This document shows, piece after piece, positions 50,672-64,000 of a DNA stretch of 64,000 bases. The position numbers were made by a program, and so were the translations under genes. Where the stretch lies: assembly GCF_009914755.1 (NCBI RefSeq), contig NC_060925.1; one strand, 5' to 3'. Below the pieces are notes generated by a model that saw only the letters and a program-made list of their open reading frames with translations, was not told the origin of the DNA and did no database searches. Numbering within the stretch: position 1 is the stretch's first letter; each line of letters opens with the position of its first letter. The DNA is from the human T2T-CHM13v2.0 reference genome, Homo sapiens.

Positions 50672-53600
50672 CTGCAAAACAAGAATAACATGATAAATTT
50701 TATAACAGGTAAATAATTCAGCAATCAATAAAGCAAACATTGATGAAAAAGATAAATTTCACTGGTTGTGTTTGAATGGGGACTAGTTAGTCAAATTAAA
50801 CACATTGGGATAGCAACAATGGTAAAGACTTCAGACAGGGTAAATATCCTACAGGGTAAACTGGCTCCTAACAAAGATCAGTTTCAGCTTATATTTTGTT
50901 TCCTCAAAGAGTCCTTCCCTGACTACCTAATCATACCATCTATCCTCACTCAAGTTACTCAGTAGCCTAACAGTCTTTCTCACTTTGGATTTATATATTC
51001 ATTAATTTGTCGGTTTTATCTATCTCTATTAGACTGTAGTTTCATGACGGTCATCTTATTATATTCCCAGCACCAACCTGCCATGGTGCTTGCCATTCAG
51101 GAGGCATTCATATATCATAGTGAGTAAATCAGTGGAAGAACAAACGCTACCCAATTCCATTCAGCTATTCAACACACACTTGTTTAAGTGCCAGTGCCTT
51201 GGGTCATGTTTTTCCCTTGAGGTAGAATGCTCCTTAACCTATTCATTGTGCCTATTCAAAACTCACTAACTCAAATGCCTCCTCCAGACTCTCCCACCTG
51301 ATATGTTATTTTCTTTGAGTTCCCATAGTACCTGAACTATAACTCCTTCTATTGTTACTCCTATTCACTATTATATTTATCTTTATCATTTATCTCCCTG
51401 CACACTCCCTGGGATCAAAGTCCATCTAAGTCAATTTTTTATCCCCCTTCTCTATTCCCCACCCCACAAGTGTCACGTATGCTTTTTTGTCCAGCAAGAC
51501 CAGTCTTCTCCATTTAGTTGTCATTTCAACAGCTACATTACAGCCTTGTAATTGGAAGTTTGTGACAATGATTTCTTTTCTACTTACTGAATTACTGGCC
51601 AAGACTGTAATGACAGTTATGATATTAGAATCACATTTTAGACAATAGGGGAGAGAAATAGTAAGCTAAAATTTGCTTTAGTCATCATGTATAATGTCCA
51701 TCAATTCAAAATTAACTTTTCAAACTAAAAGGAAAGAAAGCTACCTCAATATTTTAACTTGAATCATAATTCTAGAGTTTTCAGAGCTTTTAATCAAATG
51801 CTTAATATAAACTGACCTACCAACGTTTAAAGTGGTTACATTCCATCTTCATTCCTATGCTTACCCTCAACCTCTACCAGTCCATCCAGAAAACTCCCCC
51901 AAAATTTATCCCAAAATATTAAATCCAATTTTTCTCATGTTATTTTCCACTTAAGAGTCTGCAGTGGCTTCCACTCAACATGTGTGATGATAATGGCAAA
52001 AGTCCTTGCCCTCTAATATCCTACAAGACGGTAAGTTCGGTGGTTCTCAAACCATTTCTAATGGCAAAGCTCTTGGAAGTTACAGTGCTTTCTGTGCAAT
52101 ACTGTGACAAATCTTAATTCAATTCCAGTAGAAAATCTAGAATAATTAATAAAAAGCAAAGCTATATTAAAGATAAGTAATATAAATATCACAAGCACGT
52201 GTCAATGAAAAAATAAGTGAGTGAACTAAACAAGACTACTGCTCAGTTTTTGTCCTGTTTATTTTCTACTAGTCAAACAATTTGTAATTCACACAAAAGG
52301 GTTGAAAATGTTTAAGATCTAAAACTACTTTTCCACATACCGGGAAAAGGTTACCATTATTCATTATTAGTGGAAGCACATTTTATACAACCTATAGATA
52401 TTCCCTGAAAGCCCAGTTTAAAAGCACTGACCTAGTTTGAGAGATCAGATACTGATTTTCCCTAACAACTAGGAGTCCCTCATTTATATGGCATTTAAAA
52501 ACACTCACAATTAGGTTACTACTGTAAAAAAGTTAAATACATATTGTCAAAATCTGGCACCAATGTAAACTCTTAACTAAGGAGAACAGGCTATAGACAA
52601 TTGTTCCATAAATCCAATTAATGAACTTCAGTGCTAAAAGACTTAAGAAGGCATTTAAACCAAGTCATGTTTTTCAAAAAATGGTGAACATCATTCAAGC
52701 TCTACATTCATCAGAGATTATAGAAACAATAATCAAGTAGTTATAGCACATCTTAATTCTGCAGCTGTAATAACTCCAGTTACTTTCCAATGAGATGGAC
52801 TCCCTGAGGTTGTAATTTTACTATTAAATCTTAAACTTAGCAGCCAGAAACAGTTGCCAGAGATAAGACAACTATGGAAAAAATAGCATCTTTGAAAGTA
52901 ACTATCATTTTTCCAAAGATTCAACAACTAGTCCTGGCAGCTATTTTGACCCATTATTCCACAGGCTGGCTTGGAGAATTCTGGAGGCACTTCATTCTGG
53001 TCTTTCAACCTCCTTGACAGGTATGTGTTTCACATCTAGACCGCTGATGGCCAGGGTAGGAACAAAGAGAAAATCAAAGTGCTATTTCTCCAACAGCAAA
53101 CTTTAAAAGTAATAATGGAGGACTAAGAAATATATGTAATTTCTGCAAAATTATAATGGAACAGTAAACTTATTCACATGATAACACTGCATAAGCTACC
53201 AAAAGCAGCAAATCCTGGCCTTTCAAAACTGCTCTTTGCAGTTGCTATGTTTCTTAATGTTCGTTCAATACATTTTTTTGATTAATAAAAAATGGAAAAT
53301 GCATTATGAACTAAATGCACTTTGGACTCAGCTTAAGAAGGTATCTGAATAGAATCCCCTAGTGCAGTCTCTCCCACCTTCTCACAATAATCCATACAAA
53401 GGCACAGAAAAAGACAACAGCACACCCTACCAAAATTCAGTTAACCTCTGATGAGAAATCTCTGACAGTTTCCCAGAAACAAGGATTAGAAACAAATTAA
53501 TGGTAGGCTTAGTTTTCTGTTTGGTATATACCATGCAACGGCTTGCTTTGCTCTGTGAAACACAATACTTCTGCAGCTGAGTAAGGGACTTTAGCTCACT

Positions 53601-54450
53601 CCCTTTTTCCACCTGCTGTTTAACAGACACAGTGCTTATGCAGTAGAAAGATGGCTTTATGAGGCAGCCAGAGTTGTGTAACTCATTCCCAGTTCCCAGT
53701 GGCACACCTCTTTATATGTCCATTTAAATATAATTCCCAGCAAGCAATATGACAAAAGGGTAGGGGGGCACTGACAATGGTTCACTGCTTCCTGGAAGGC
53801 TTAGTATCACAGGAAAAGCTCTGCAGAGACCAGAAAATGCAGGGAAAACCCTGTTAGTAGTACACGTTTTAAAAATATGTTTTTTTCCATATACTTCACC
53901 TTTTTTTAAGTGCCCCAAAAAACAGGCATAAGTGGCATGGTAGCAGATGATCCTAGTTTAAGCCACATTTAGAGTGGTCTAAGAACCAGTCACTTGGAAC
54001 CATATAACAACCTATTCCTCAGATACAGATTTGAGAAGGCATTTAAACCTAAGTGGATAGTGAAAACCATCCACACACTCTGTTGGCAAATACCAACAGT
54101 GTCCAAATAAAAAGGAAAAATTGAGGTGGGCTCTATGAGGAAAAATCCTCCCAAACATGAGAAATAAATTATAATCTGAAGAGGCAGAGAAGATCTCCCT
54201 GAGAAAAATTTAATAAGGAACCAAAAATTAATTTTAGACAATTTTTATCTGGCATGGATTTGAATAAAGATTCACAACGAACCAAAAATGAAAGAACAAT
54301 ATAAAGAGAAAAAGAATACATGATACAAAGACAACAGGCTGAAATAAAAAGGGAGCTGGATGACATAATTTTGTAACAGCAAAATTAAAATCCACATTTA
54401 CAAGGAACATAGTGTTCTAAGCACATCTTCGAGTCCTTCATTCATCCAAT

Positions 54451-54959
54451 TGTATGTTAGATTGATGGGCAAACATGGCCCTAATTACCCATTCTTGGCT
54501 GTGTCCATACCCTCTGCAACGTGACTTTATAGAAGCTGTCAGCAAGAGGTAGAATCTATATCCCTATCCTTTGAATCAGCAGGTCTTATGACTTCTTTTG
54601 GCCAACAAAATGCAACACAAGTAACAATGTCCCAGCTCTAAGTTAGCCTCAAGAGGCTTGGCTTGCTTCTGCTCTCTCTCAGACCTCTTCCACCACCAGG
54701 AGAAAAAGCCTACACTTCCAGCTACAGAAGAGCCGAGCTTCCCTCCAGCTAATAACCAGCCAACTATAAGGGCAAAACCATCTTACTAATCAAGTTGACC
54801 ACACCACAGACTCATGACGGAGCCTAACTGAGAACACAACTGCCCAGCTAAACTCATCCTAAATTGCCAACTTGCAGAATTGTGAGCTAAATAAATGACT
54901 GATGTTTTAAATTACTAAGTTTGGAGTGGTTCATGATACATCAAAAGTTATGAAATACA
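54451..54959 (+). mobile_element. MLT1H/G-like MaLR LTR (antisense to PIGK)
   Basis: ...aactgcccagctaaactcatcctaaattgccaacttgcagaattgtgagctaaataaatg...ttttaaattactaagtttggagtgg...ataCA. Confidence 0.75.
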
Positions 54960-55063
54960 TCCACAGCGGTGACAACGTGAAGAAAAGAAAAACCCTGATC
55001 CTTTATCACCATAACAAAACAGAAAAAGTTCCCATCTCCATACTTGTAGCTTCGGGTTTTTCT

Positions 55064-55316
55064 TTTTTTTTTTTTTTTGTTTTTTTGTTTTTTTGTTTTG
55101 TTTTGTTTTGTTTGTTTTTTTAATTATGCTTTAAGTTTTAGGGTACATGTGTTTATTGCGGCATTATTCACAATAGCAAAGACTTGGAACCAACCCAAAT
55201 GTCCAACAATGATAGACTGGATTAAGAAAATGTGGCACATATACACCATGGAATACTATGCAGCCATAAAAAATGATGAGTTCATGTCCTTTGTAGGGAC
55301 ATGGATGAAATTGGAA
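55064..55316 (-). mobile_element. Young L1 (L1PA2-like) short insertion with 5' inversion, 16-bp TSD
   Basis: TSD agcttcgggtttttct at 55048-55063 and 55317-55332; (T/TTTTG)n tail; ~30 nt of L1 3' end; ~167 nt of inverted ORF2 C-terminal sequence. Confidence 0.93.
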
Positions 55317-55789
55317 AGCTTCGGGTTTTTCTAACAATGGCATAAGAACAGCATGACGGGCAGCAAATCAAGCCCTCAGTTTAGTGGAGATGCAGTGCTG
55401 CTCTCCTCTAGCTCTCCTTTATAGTCTTCCGGAAAGAGAGAAACTCCAACTGCCACCATGCCAGGAATTGCTTTCAAGGAAATGACGGTGACACAGGGGA
55501 ATCTAGAAACTAACTCATCTAGCTTCCCTTTAGGCATCTTCCAACTGAAGTCTAGATCTGAAGTTTGGTTCCTCTTCCCTTTAAAGTTACCAATTAGAGG
55601 TAATCACATGTTGCGCCCGTGCTGGAGAAATGCACACTACCCAAGATCTTTATGTACCTTTTTCCATGATAAATGTGCAAGGCAGTTAATGTAATCTAGA
55701 AAATTAAGGATGATTTGTTTTCAACTATGATTTGGGTTTTAATTGAAAGATGACCACAGTTTTTCCTTAATCGTGATTTTAACTTTCCT

Positions 55790-57590
55790 GTGATAAGAAC
55801 ACCCATTGTTAACATTATTAGTTAACATTACTCTGGAATTTCTAGCCAATCCAGACATAACATGTAGGAAGGGAAAGTAAATTTTCATTACTCATAGATA
55901 TGATTATTAGATATCAAAAAGCTCCATAAAATCAATTCTTACAATTATTGAGAATAAAGGGCTCGGATTTCATATAAATATTTTAAAAAATCATTATCTT
56001 TCAAGTATGTCAGCAAATATGAGTCAGAAAATAGAAAAAAATGTCATTCACAATAACAATTAAAAAAAACTATGAATACCCATAACATGAGATGTAAGGT
56101 AAACAATCTACATTACTCTACAGAGAGGGGTAAACAGTCAGAAATATTAAAAAATATATATAACGCTAAACAATAATGTGATTCCAATGCAAGTGTAGAA
56201 AGACGAATAAAACAGAATAGAAACTAGACAATCAGTCCAGTATCCCAGGATTTAGTATATTATAAAAGGGCTATCACAGATCAGTGGGAAAGGGAATAGT
56301 AGTCCTACTGGTGCTGTAAACAATGGATTAGCATTTGGAAACAAAATCAATTTTGTTCCTAACCCAACACTGTAAACAAAAACACACTTTACATGGTTCA
56401 GAATTAAATGTAAAAATAGAAGAAGAAAAAAAAGAGATAAAATGTAGGAGAATCTGTACGATAAGGCTATTAATAAGCCTAAAGGCAGTGAGTGAAAATA
56501 AAGAGAAGGTGGAGGAAATTTTTTTTTTTTTGAGACAGGGTCTTTGTCACACAGGCTGGTGTGCAGTGGCATTATCTCAGCTCACTGCAGACTCCTCAAT
56601 CTCCCAAGTTCAAGTGATCCTCCTGCCTCAACACCTCCCTCAAGTAGCTGGGATTACAGGTGTATGCCACCATGCCTGGCTAATTTTTGTATTTTTGGCA
56701 GAGATAGGGTTTTGCCATGTTGACCTGGCTGGTCTCAAACTCCTGAGCTCAAGCAATCCTCCACCCACCTTGGCCTCCTAAAGTGTTAGGATTACCAGGG
56801 TGAACTACCACGCCTGGCTGCAAAGGTATTTTTACAAAAGTTTTTGGAAAGATCTGTATTTCAAAATGTATAGAAATCAAATTAAAAGGCACATAAATGG
56901 AATTTATGACAGAAAAGGGGATAAATTCAATACATGAGGGTCTCCCGCAAATCAGTAAGACACAAGGGTATATCAATAAATGGAACAGGGAAATATTTTC
57001 ACAAAAGAATAATTACAAATGGCTAACACTTGAAAAAAATCATTTTTCTTCATCATAAACACAATATATTAAGTATTTCTTTCTCTTCTTACAATTAAAC
57101 CAGTAAATGTTAATAAGGACAGTTAACTTTTCTGGAAAATAACCCATTAACATGTTTAGAGGTCTTTAAAATATTCATTTACTCTAATTCCTAGGATTTG
57201 TAACACTTCTAGGATCTATATTAAGGAATTCAGAAACGCTCACAAAGGTTTTCTTCTCAGTGGCTACATAATAAAAAACAGGAAGGAATCTATAGTCACA
57301 TAATACAGGAAACATTGTACATCCACATATTAATCAATAAAAATATTTTCAAATAATTTTAATGATTTGGAGATGCTTATACTAAAATAGTAAAATGGAA
57401 ACAAGATGCAAATTGAATCTGAAATATGATGTTTCCTATAACAATATTCAAAGAAGGGAAACATACTAAAGTCTTAGTGTTTTTCTGGGGGAAGCAGGAA
57501 TACAGTTGGCTTTAAATCTCTTCTCTATACTTACCTAAGCTTTTGAAAATGTTTTCTACAATGAGTATGTCTTACTTTAGTTATTTTGGG
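55790..57590 (+). mobile_element. Degraded old L1M ORF2/3' fragments
   Basis: A-rich L1-like text, e.g. ggtgctgtaaacaatggattagcatttggaa, gaaaatgttttctacaatgagtatgt. Confidence 0.6.
56519..56819 (-). mobile_element. AluJ-like
   Basis: gagacagggtct...caagtgatcctcctgcctca...aactcctgagctcaagcaatcctcc. Confidence 0.9.
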
Positions 57591-58609
57591 GAGAAATTGG
57601 ATTATGCAGCAAAAATCTGTATTGAAAGACTCCACCTAGAAGAATCTTCATATATTCCTTTCCAAATAGGAGAAACACTGCAGCAACACTGTTTATTACT
57701 GATGTCCAACTTTAAGAAAAAGTAACCCGGATAGCATTACAGCAACATAATGTAATAAAGTGCTTTTTCAGTATGTGTTTAATGATATCGCTGACATATG
57801 ACAACAATGCTATTTTTAAAACAACTATATGTAACCTTTTAGACATTTTACAATGATTTTACTTACAATCAAGTGACAAAATTGGTATAATTATTGCATT
57901 TGGCAGTATAACTGCATTTGAGGTAAGTTCATATTAAAGCATATCTTGTAATTTCATTTGTGTCCATTAGAGCTTCTTAAAAAAATGACTGACTTTATGT
58001 ATTAAGGTACTCTAGTGACTGCCATTAAATGCACTCCTCTTTTTTTAAACTTTCACAATAAGTTACAATACAAAGGTGAAAAGCGTACATAAAACACGGC
58101 AATATGTTATAAGCAAACACTTAAAAGCTTAAGGGCTACCCTCTTATTGAAATGCCTTAATATTTCAAATTTAAAAGAGAGGTAGCTAAGCAACACTGTA
58201 CTTCCAATTGCGAATAGTACTCAGTTTCCCCCTCCATGTTGCTAGGAGAACATTACCACATAACTTTAAAAATAGTTAACAGAGCACAGATCTAAGTATT
58301 AAAATTATGTAAAAAGAAAAAACTTAGGATTTTGAAAACTGTACACATTTATTGGGAAGCAAATGGAAAATTTCCAAGGTTTCAATGAGATTCTTAAATG
58401 TATAATGAGCATATGAGTTCAGTTAAATTGTATTTTAAGGACAGAAAGTATAAAACAATCTACTAAGGTTATAGTTATAATTATTTCAGAAAATAGCTGT
58501 GTTCAACTATTTAATTAGTGGTGGTTTATTAGTATTTCCAGTCTATCTATATCCTTTATATAAAATGCAATTTGTATTTCTCTAATTATATTAATAGTGT
58601 AAGTCAAAC

Positions 58610-59264
58610 TGTGGTAGGCAGAATGTAAGACAGCTTCTAAGATTCCCTCAACCTGGGATAAATGCCCTATATAATACCTATCCCTTGAGTCTGGACAAGA
58701 CCTGTGAATATGATGCACTATCACTCCTATGATTAGGCTGAATTATATGGCATATGAGGGATTCTGAGGATATAATCAAGGTACCTAATCAGTTGATTCT
58801 CAGTTAATAAAAAAGGAGATTATCCAGGGCATAGGGAAAGAGGTGGGAAATAAGGCACTGATCTAATCAGATGGGCCCTTTAAAAGGAGGTCTAGATATC
58901 AGAGATTGAAGTTGGAAAGATAGATATATTCGAAGTAGCCAAGATGCTCTCCTGTTGGCCTCCCAGAATCAAGCGGCCGTGTTGTACGGTGCACCAGACA
59001 CAGAATGGCAGACAGCCTTTACAACTGACTGACACCCTCAGTCCTACAAACACAAAGAACTGAATTCTTTTAAACAGTAGGCTTGGAAGAGAACCCTGAG
59101 CCTCAAATAAGATTACAGTCCTGGTGGATGCCTTGATTAAAACTTTGTGAGACCCTGAACAGAGGAACTAACTAAGCTATGCCTGGACTCCTGACTCATG
59201 GAAAGTGCGAGATAATAATGGTTTTAAATCACTAAGTTTGTTATACACCAATAAAACTAATTCA
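58610..59264 (+). mobile_element. MLT1E-like MaLR LTR
   Basis: TGTGGTAGGCAGAAT start; ctaatcagttga, gagaaccctgagcctcaaat, aactaattCA end. Confidence 0.82.
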
Positions 59265-59904
59265 CAAATAAATCTGCCAAACCTGGATGAATAAACAATA
59301 CATGAACAAGACATGAAACTATTTATTACATCTGATACTAAAAAAAATGCAAGGAATCTACTTGCATTGTTGGCAGAGTTCCTTGGGTGGAATAACACTT
59401 AAAGTTATGACATTACCTTTATGTTTTAAAAAAATAGAAGTAAAGAAAAATAGCTGAATTCTTCCTAGTCTTCCATACCTATTTATTATTCTCTAAGACC
59501 TACCTCAAATTTCACCTCCAGGTTAAGTCTATTCTCATACCCCAGTAAGAATTAATTTCTTCTTTTCAGGGCACTGGTGATATTTGGTTTATTATCTCAC
59601 ACTACAGCTAATATATGGGTGTGATTCTACTACATTTTGATCTGTTTGTGATACCTATTTTTGAACCTGATCAGGTCCTCACAAGCTCTGGATACAACAG
59701 GCCAATTTGTCTTAGTTATGTATTATTTTCCTCTTGAAGACAAGAAATATAAAATACTCAAATATAAACATCATCTATTAAATGCCAATTCATTAATGTT
59801 CTTGGTTTTAGGATTTAAGGAAAAATTAAGAATTATAGTGATCAACTGTATAATCTAGTTTAGGATTCCACAGTGAGAAGTCATAAATTAAAAAATATTC
59901 TTTT

Positions 59905-60240
<336 letters not shown>

Positions 60241-60519
60241 TTAAAAGACTTTCCAATTGGGCAAAGTAACTACAGTTGGTGAAAACATTCAAAGGTGGCA
60301 GCAAGACCTGTTGTGGTATTCCATTCAGTGGATCTCATTTCAATGTATTACTTCATTGTGCGATTAATGAAATCCAAGAATCTCCACAGGAGAGGCATCC
60401 ACTGAAGAGGCATCCAGGCTTAGTTTCCTGGTGACCACTCCTAATTATTTGGATTCTATTATATTTCTAGAGGCAACACCCTCCAATATTGTGAGTGGTA
60501 TGCTTTAAAATTGAAGATT

Positions 60520-60919
60520 ATGGATGAAATTAAATTTGCTAATCCATTGACCTTAAAATAGTGAGATTATACTGGATTATTTAGGTGAGCCCAATAGTAT
60601 CACAAGTGTTCTTCAGTGTGGTAGAAGGAGGCAGAATAGGGAGAACAAGAGCGATGACAACTTAAGAAGGGACTCCGGCTGACTTTGAAGGTGGAGGAAA
60701 GGGGTCATGAGCCATAGGATGTGGGTGGTCTCTAGAAGCTTGATAAGGCAAGGAAACTGATTCTTCCCCACACCCTCCAGAAATGACTGACATCTTGATT
60801 TTAGCCCAGTGAGACCCCTGTTGGACAGCTGACCTTCAGAACTGTAAAACAATACATCTGGGTTGTTTTAAACCACCAAATTTCGGTAATTTGTTACAGC
60901 AGTGATAGAAAACGCATAC
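60520..60919 (+). mobile_element. MLT1D-like MaLR LTR
   Basis: gagattatactggattatttaggtgagccc...aaggcaaggaaactgattct...tttgttacagcagtgatagaaaacgcataCA. Confidence 0.8.
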
Positions 60920-61599
60920 AACAGCAGAAGCTTTTGATGCAGATAGTCCAGATGTTTATTATATGTCTACATTTCAGCTTTTATATTTAAATTTCCAAGA
61001 GCTCTTTCTCATACAAAGAAGCTTTTTTTGTTTGTTTTATACCATCCTAGTCTTCTTTAGTATATAAAATAAGGGTCAGATGGCAATGGCATTCTATCTT
61101 TAATTTACTTTGAAGAAAATAACTCATCCTAGGATTCAACACTGAGGGTGAAAGAAAGAGGGAAGGAAGCAAGAAACCAAAGTAAAGTCCAGTTGTTTGT
61201 GTAAATGCCCTTCAGTTTGGATCCTTCTGATGTTTTCTCATGATTAGATTCAGGTTATGCATATTGTTTGTTTATTAGAAATACTTTGTAAGTAATACTG
61301 AGTCCTAATTGTATCACATTATGAGGCATACAATATCAGTTTGTTCCATTATTGGTGATGTTGGCTATGGTGGCATCCTTCAAGTTATAATGCAATAAAA
61401 TTACTATTTTTACTCTTTGTAATTGGTAAGTAATTTATGGGACAATAACGATTCTCTTTTCTACTCAAAAAAAAAGTAAAGAATTTGAAGTTCAAAGTAA
61501 ATGAATGTATTTTTTAGTTCTTAACTGAGAAAAATAACCCATAGTCCCCTCAAATAAATAATAAAGCTTCATTTATCAACAGTGTCTACCAGTGTCTGT

Positions 61600-63830
61600 T
61601 TAGGGGTAATCAGAGTTATGCTTCCACCTATGACAAATTAAATGCTAAGGAATTATCTGCCCATCTTGAACAATTAGAAAGTCAGACAAAAGGTAATAAA
61701 CAATGGTTTTCAGACATTGGACAATTTGCACCAGTTTTCTGATCCCTGAGAAAAACGAAACAAATGAGTCCTTTAATTGCCCCAAGCTCATTGCCTGTAG
61801 GCAGTTTCCAAATTACAGCACAAGAAAAGAGACCCAAACACAGCCTGGCAGTCTTCCTGAGTGGAAGTGACACAAATTAGAATTCAGGGAGGTTTAGGCG
61901 GTTAGAATTTGCAGGATAGAAGAGGAGGGAGCTGCACAGAAAGAAATACACGAAGGAGCTCCAGAGAGCTGCAGAGGAATCTACCTGCGTTTTTGGCAGA
62001 GTTCTATTCTATGCATGCATGACAAGAAACTACCTATAGCTGGTAGAAGGGAAAAAAATATCAAAAGGCCAAACAATTCCCAAAGCTCCTTCAGGGTTGG
62101 GAATTGTTCATGTACACACTTAGAGAAATGGACAGACCTTGTAAGATACAAAAGCATCAGGTCACAGCTTATAGTGAGGCTAAATCAGGATAGTGGGGCT
62201 ATCTTAAAAAAAAAAAAAAAGACTACTCTGGATCTGTTGGTAACAACTTAAGAGCAATTCTTAAAGTGATCAAACTTACCCTCAAACAAAATTCATCACT
62301 CACTATATAAATAAAACAAAAATCTAAAGTCCAGCAGCTAACAGCAACAAAAAAACTAAAAACATCTAGCATCCAATTTAAAAATCCAGGCATGCAAAAA
62401 AGAGATATATGACATACAGCCAGGAGGAAAAACAATTACTAGAAAAAGACTTATGAAAAAGATGATGATTTCAATGGACAGGGATCTGAAAGCAGATATT
62501 TTAAATCAAATGTAAAGAAAAACATGAACACATGAGGAGAGAAATAGAATATTTAAATAAGACACATATAAGATCTTGAGATAAAAAATATGAAATTTCA
62601 TTTCATATGAAATAAAAAATACATTGGATGGAATTAACAGCAGATAATACACTGGAAAAGAAACATCAGAGAACAAATAAAATAGCAATAGAAATTATTC
62701 ATAATGAAGCACAGAAGAAAAAGGGCAGGGAAAAAAATAAACAGAGCCTAAATAAGCTATGGCAAATATCAAGCAGGATAATATTTGCCTAATTGGAGTC
62801 CCAAGTAGGAAGGGAGAAAAATATCTAAAACCAATAATGACACAGGATTTTCTCGCGCCTTCAACAAACTCGCAACACAGGCACCCTGTTTACTCAGCCC
62901 ACCATGCTCAACTCCTTGTGGGAGGGAGCATGTGAGCAAGCGAGTGTGGGATCTGACTGGCCGTTCCAGGCACTGGCAGGAGAAAGCTCCATGCAAGGCC
63001 AACAGCAGCACCCAGGTGAGGGTGCCCACGACTCTCAAGCCCCAGAGTGGGTGTTACAGTGTTCTCTTAGTTCTGCTGTCTGTAGACAGCAGTGTGTTAG
63101 CAGCTCAGTTGGCCCCTTGCCTCAGTGCATGGAGCAACGGGGCGACTTCCCTCTACTAGCGAGGGTAAAAGGCTGGTGTGAGAGCCTTTCTAGGTACCCA
63201 CGCTTGGTGGGTCCTGAGCTCTTGTCTGGTGTCCAAGAAGAATAAGGTTGTGTAGACAATTGAAGGATGGTGAAGGTAGAGAATGTTATTGAGCAATGAA
63301 AACAGCTCTCAGTGGACAAGGGAGCTGGAGAGGGGACAGAAATGGCATGTCATCTTCCCTGAAGTCAGGTTATCTCTTCTTAAGTTCAGCCGTCTCCCTC
63401 GAAGTCCAGCCATCTCCCTCCCTACCAACTGAGTCTGGGGTCTTTATAAGCACAGGATGGGGGTGGGGCAGGCCATAGGTAGTTTTGGAAAAGGCAACAT
63501 TCGATTGGTAAAAAGGCATTATTCAGAAAGAACCAATTGGGAGAGAGTGGGCAAACTTTGGGCCATGGGTTTCAGGCTGTTTGCTTTTTTGGCTTGAAGG
63601 TGGGGTTTCAGTGGGGACCCACCCCTATCTGCCTAGAATTTCTCGGTCTCCTGCCTCTATCAATAATAGCTGAAATTTTTCAAAATTTCATGAAAACTAG
63701 AAACTACCAGATCCCTAAAGCTCAACACCAAGCAGAAGAAACACAGAGAAAACTACACAAAGGGACAGCTTAATCAAAACACTGACAATGACAGAGAATA
63801 TCTTTAAAAACAGTCAGAGAAAAAGGGATT
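61600..63830 (+). mobile_element. Old L1M 5'/ORF1-region fragment interrupted by an ERV1 LTR
   Basis: aaaaatacattggatggaattaacagcagat...aattggagtcccaa...aaaatatctaaaaccaataa | tagctgaaatttttcaaaatttcatgaaa: L1 ORF1 text resumes across the LTR. Confidence 0.7.
62838..63662 (-). mobile_element. ERV1 solo LTR, LTR27/LTR28-like (LTR1/MER52 group), sense to PIGK
   Basis: Minus strand starts TGATAGAGGCAGGAGACCGAGAAATTCTAGGCAGATAGGGG and ends ...gtgtCA; 4-bp TSD ATAA (62834-62837, 63663-63666). Confidence 0.82.
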
Positions 63831-63843
63831 TGTTTTTACAGAG

Positions 63844-64000
63844 CAGGGTTCAGTAAACTACAATACACATGATGGACATCTGTTTTTATAACTAAAGTTT
63901 TGATGTAACATAGCCATGCTCTTTCATTTACACATTATCTATTGGGGCTTTCACACTATACCAAAAATTGAGTAGTTGTAACAAACACCATGTGGCCCAC
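63844..64000 (+). mobile_element. MER58A-like hAT-Charlie MITE (runs off the window)
   Basis: cagggttcagtaaactac...aaagttttgatgtaacatagccatgc...ttgagtagttgtaacaaacaccatgtggccc. Confidence 0.8.

Overview
This is mammalian (almost certainly human, 1p31.1) genomic DNA holding the 3' ends of two convergent genes. On the + strand are the last three coding exons of the GT29 sialyltransferase ST6GALNAC5 (2387-2796, 8441-8548, 21158-21389; sialylmotifs L, S, III and VS; consistent splice phases). They are followed by a multi-kb 3' UTR with three candidate poly(A) signals, the most distal lying inside an L2 tail. On the - strand are the last exon of the GPI-transamidase catalytic subunit PIGK (coding 50671-50555, TM anchor), a ~3.4 kb 3' UTR ending near 47170, and part of its last intron. 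The rest is a dense record of retroelements and DNA transposons (Alu, MIR, L1, L2, L3/CR1, MaLR/ERVL/ERV1 LTRs, hAT MITEs). Almost all ORFs in the supplied track are spurious. I found no convincing new multi-gene system. The most unusual items are: (1) a ~200-bp, ~88-90% identical local inverted duplication of an ERVL dUTPase segment placed inside that provirus's own LTR; (2) a young L1PA2-like twin-primed inverted micro-insertion with a perfect 16-bp TSD in the PIGK last intron; (3) an L2-donated distal poly(A) signal for ST6GALNAC5; (4) a sense-oriented ERV1 LTR in PIGK that keeps CCAAT/TATA but has lost its AATAAA. Repeat subfamily names are from recalled consensus features, not from a RepeatMasker run.
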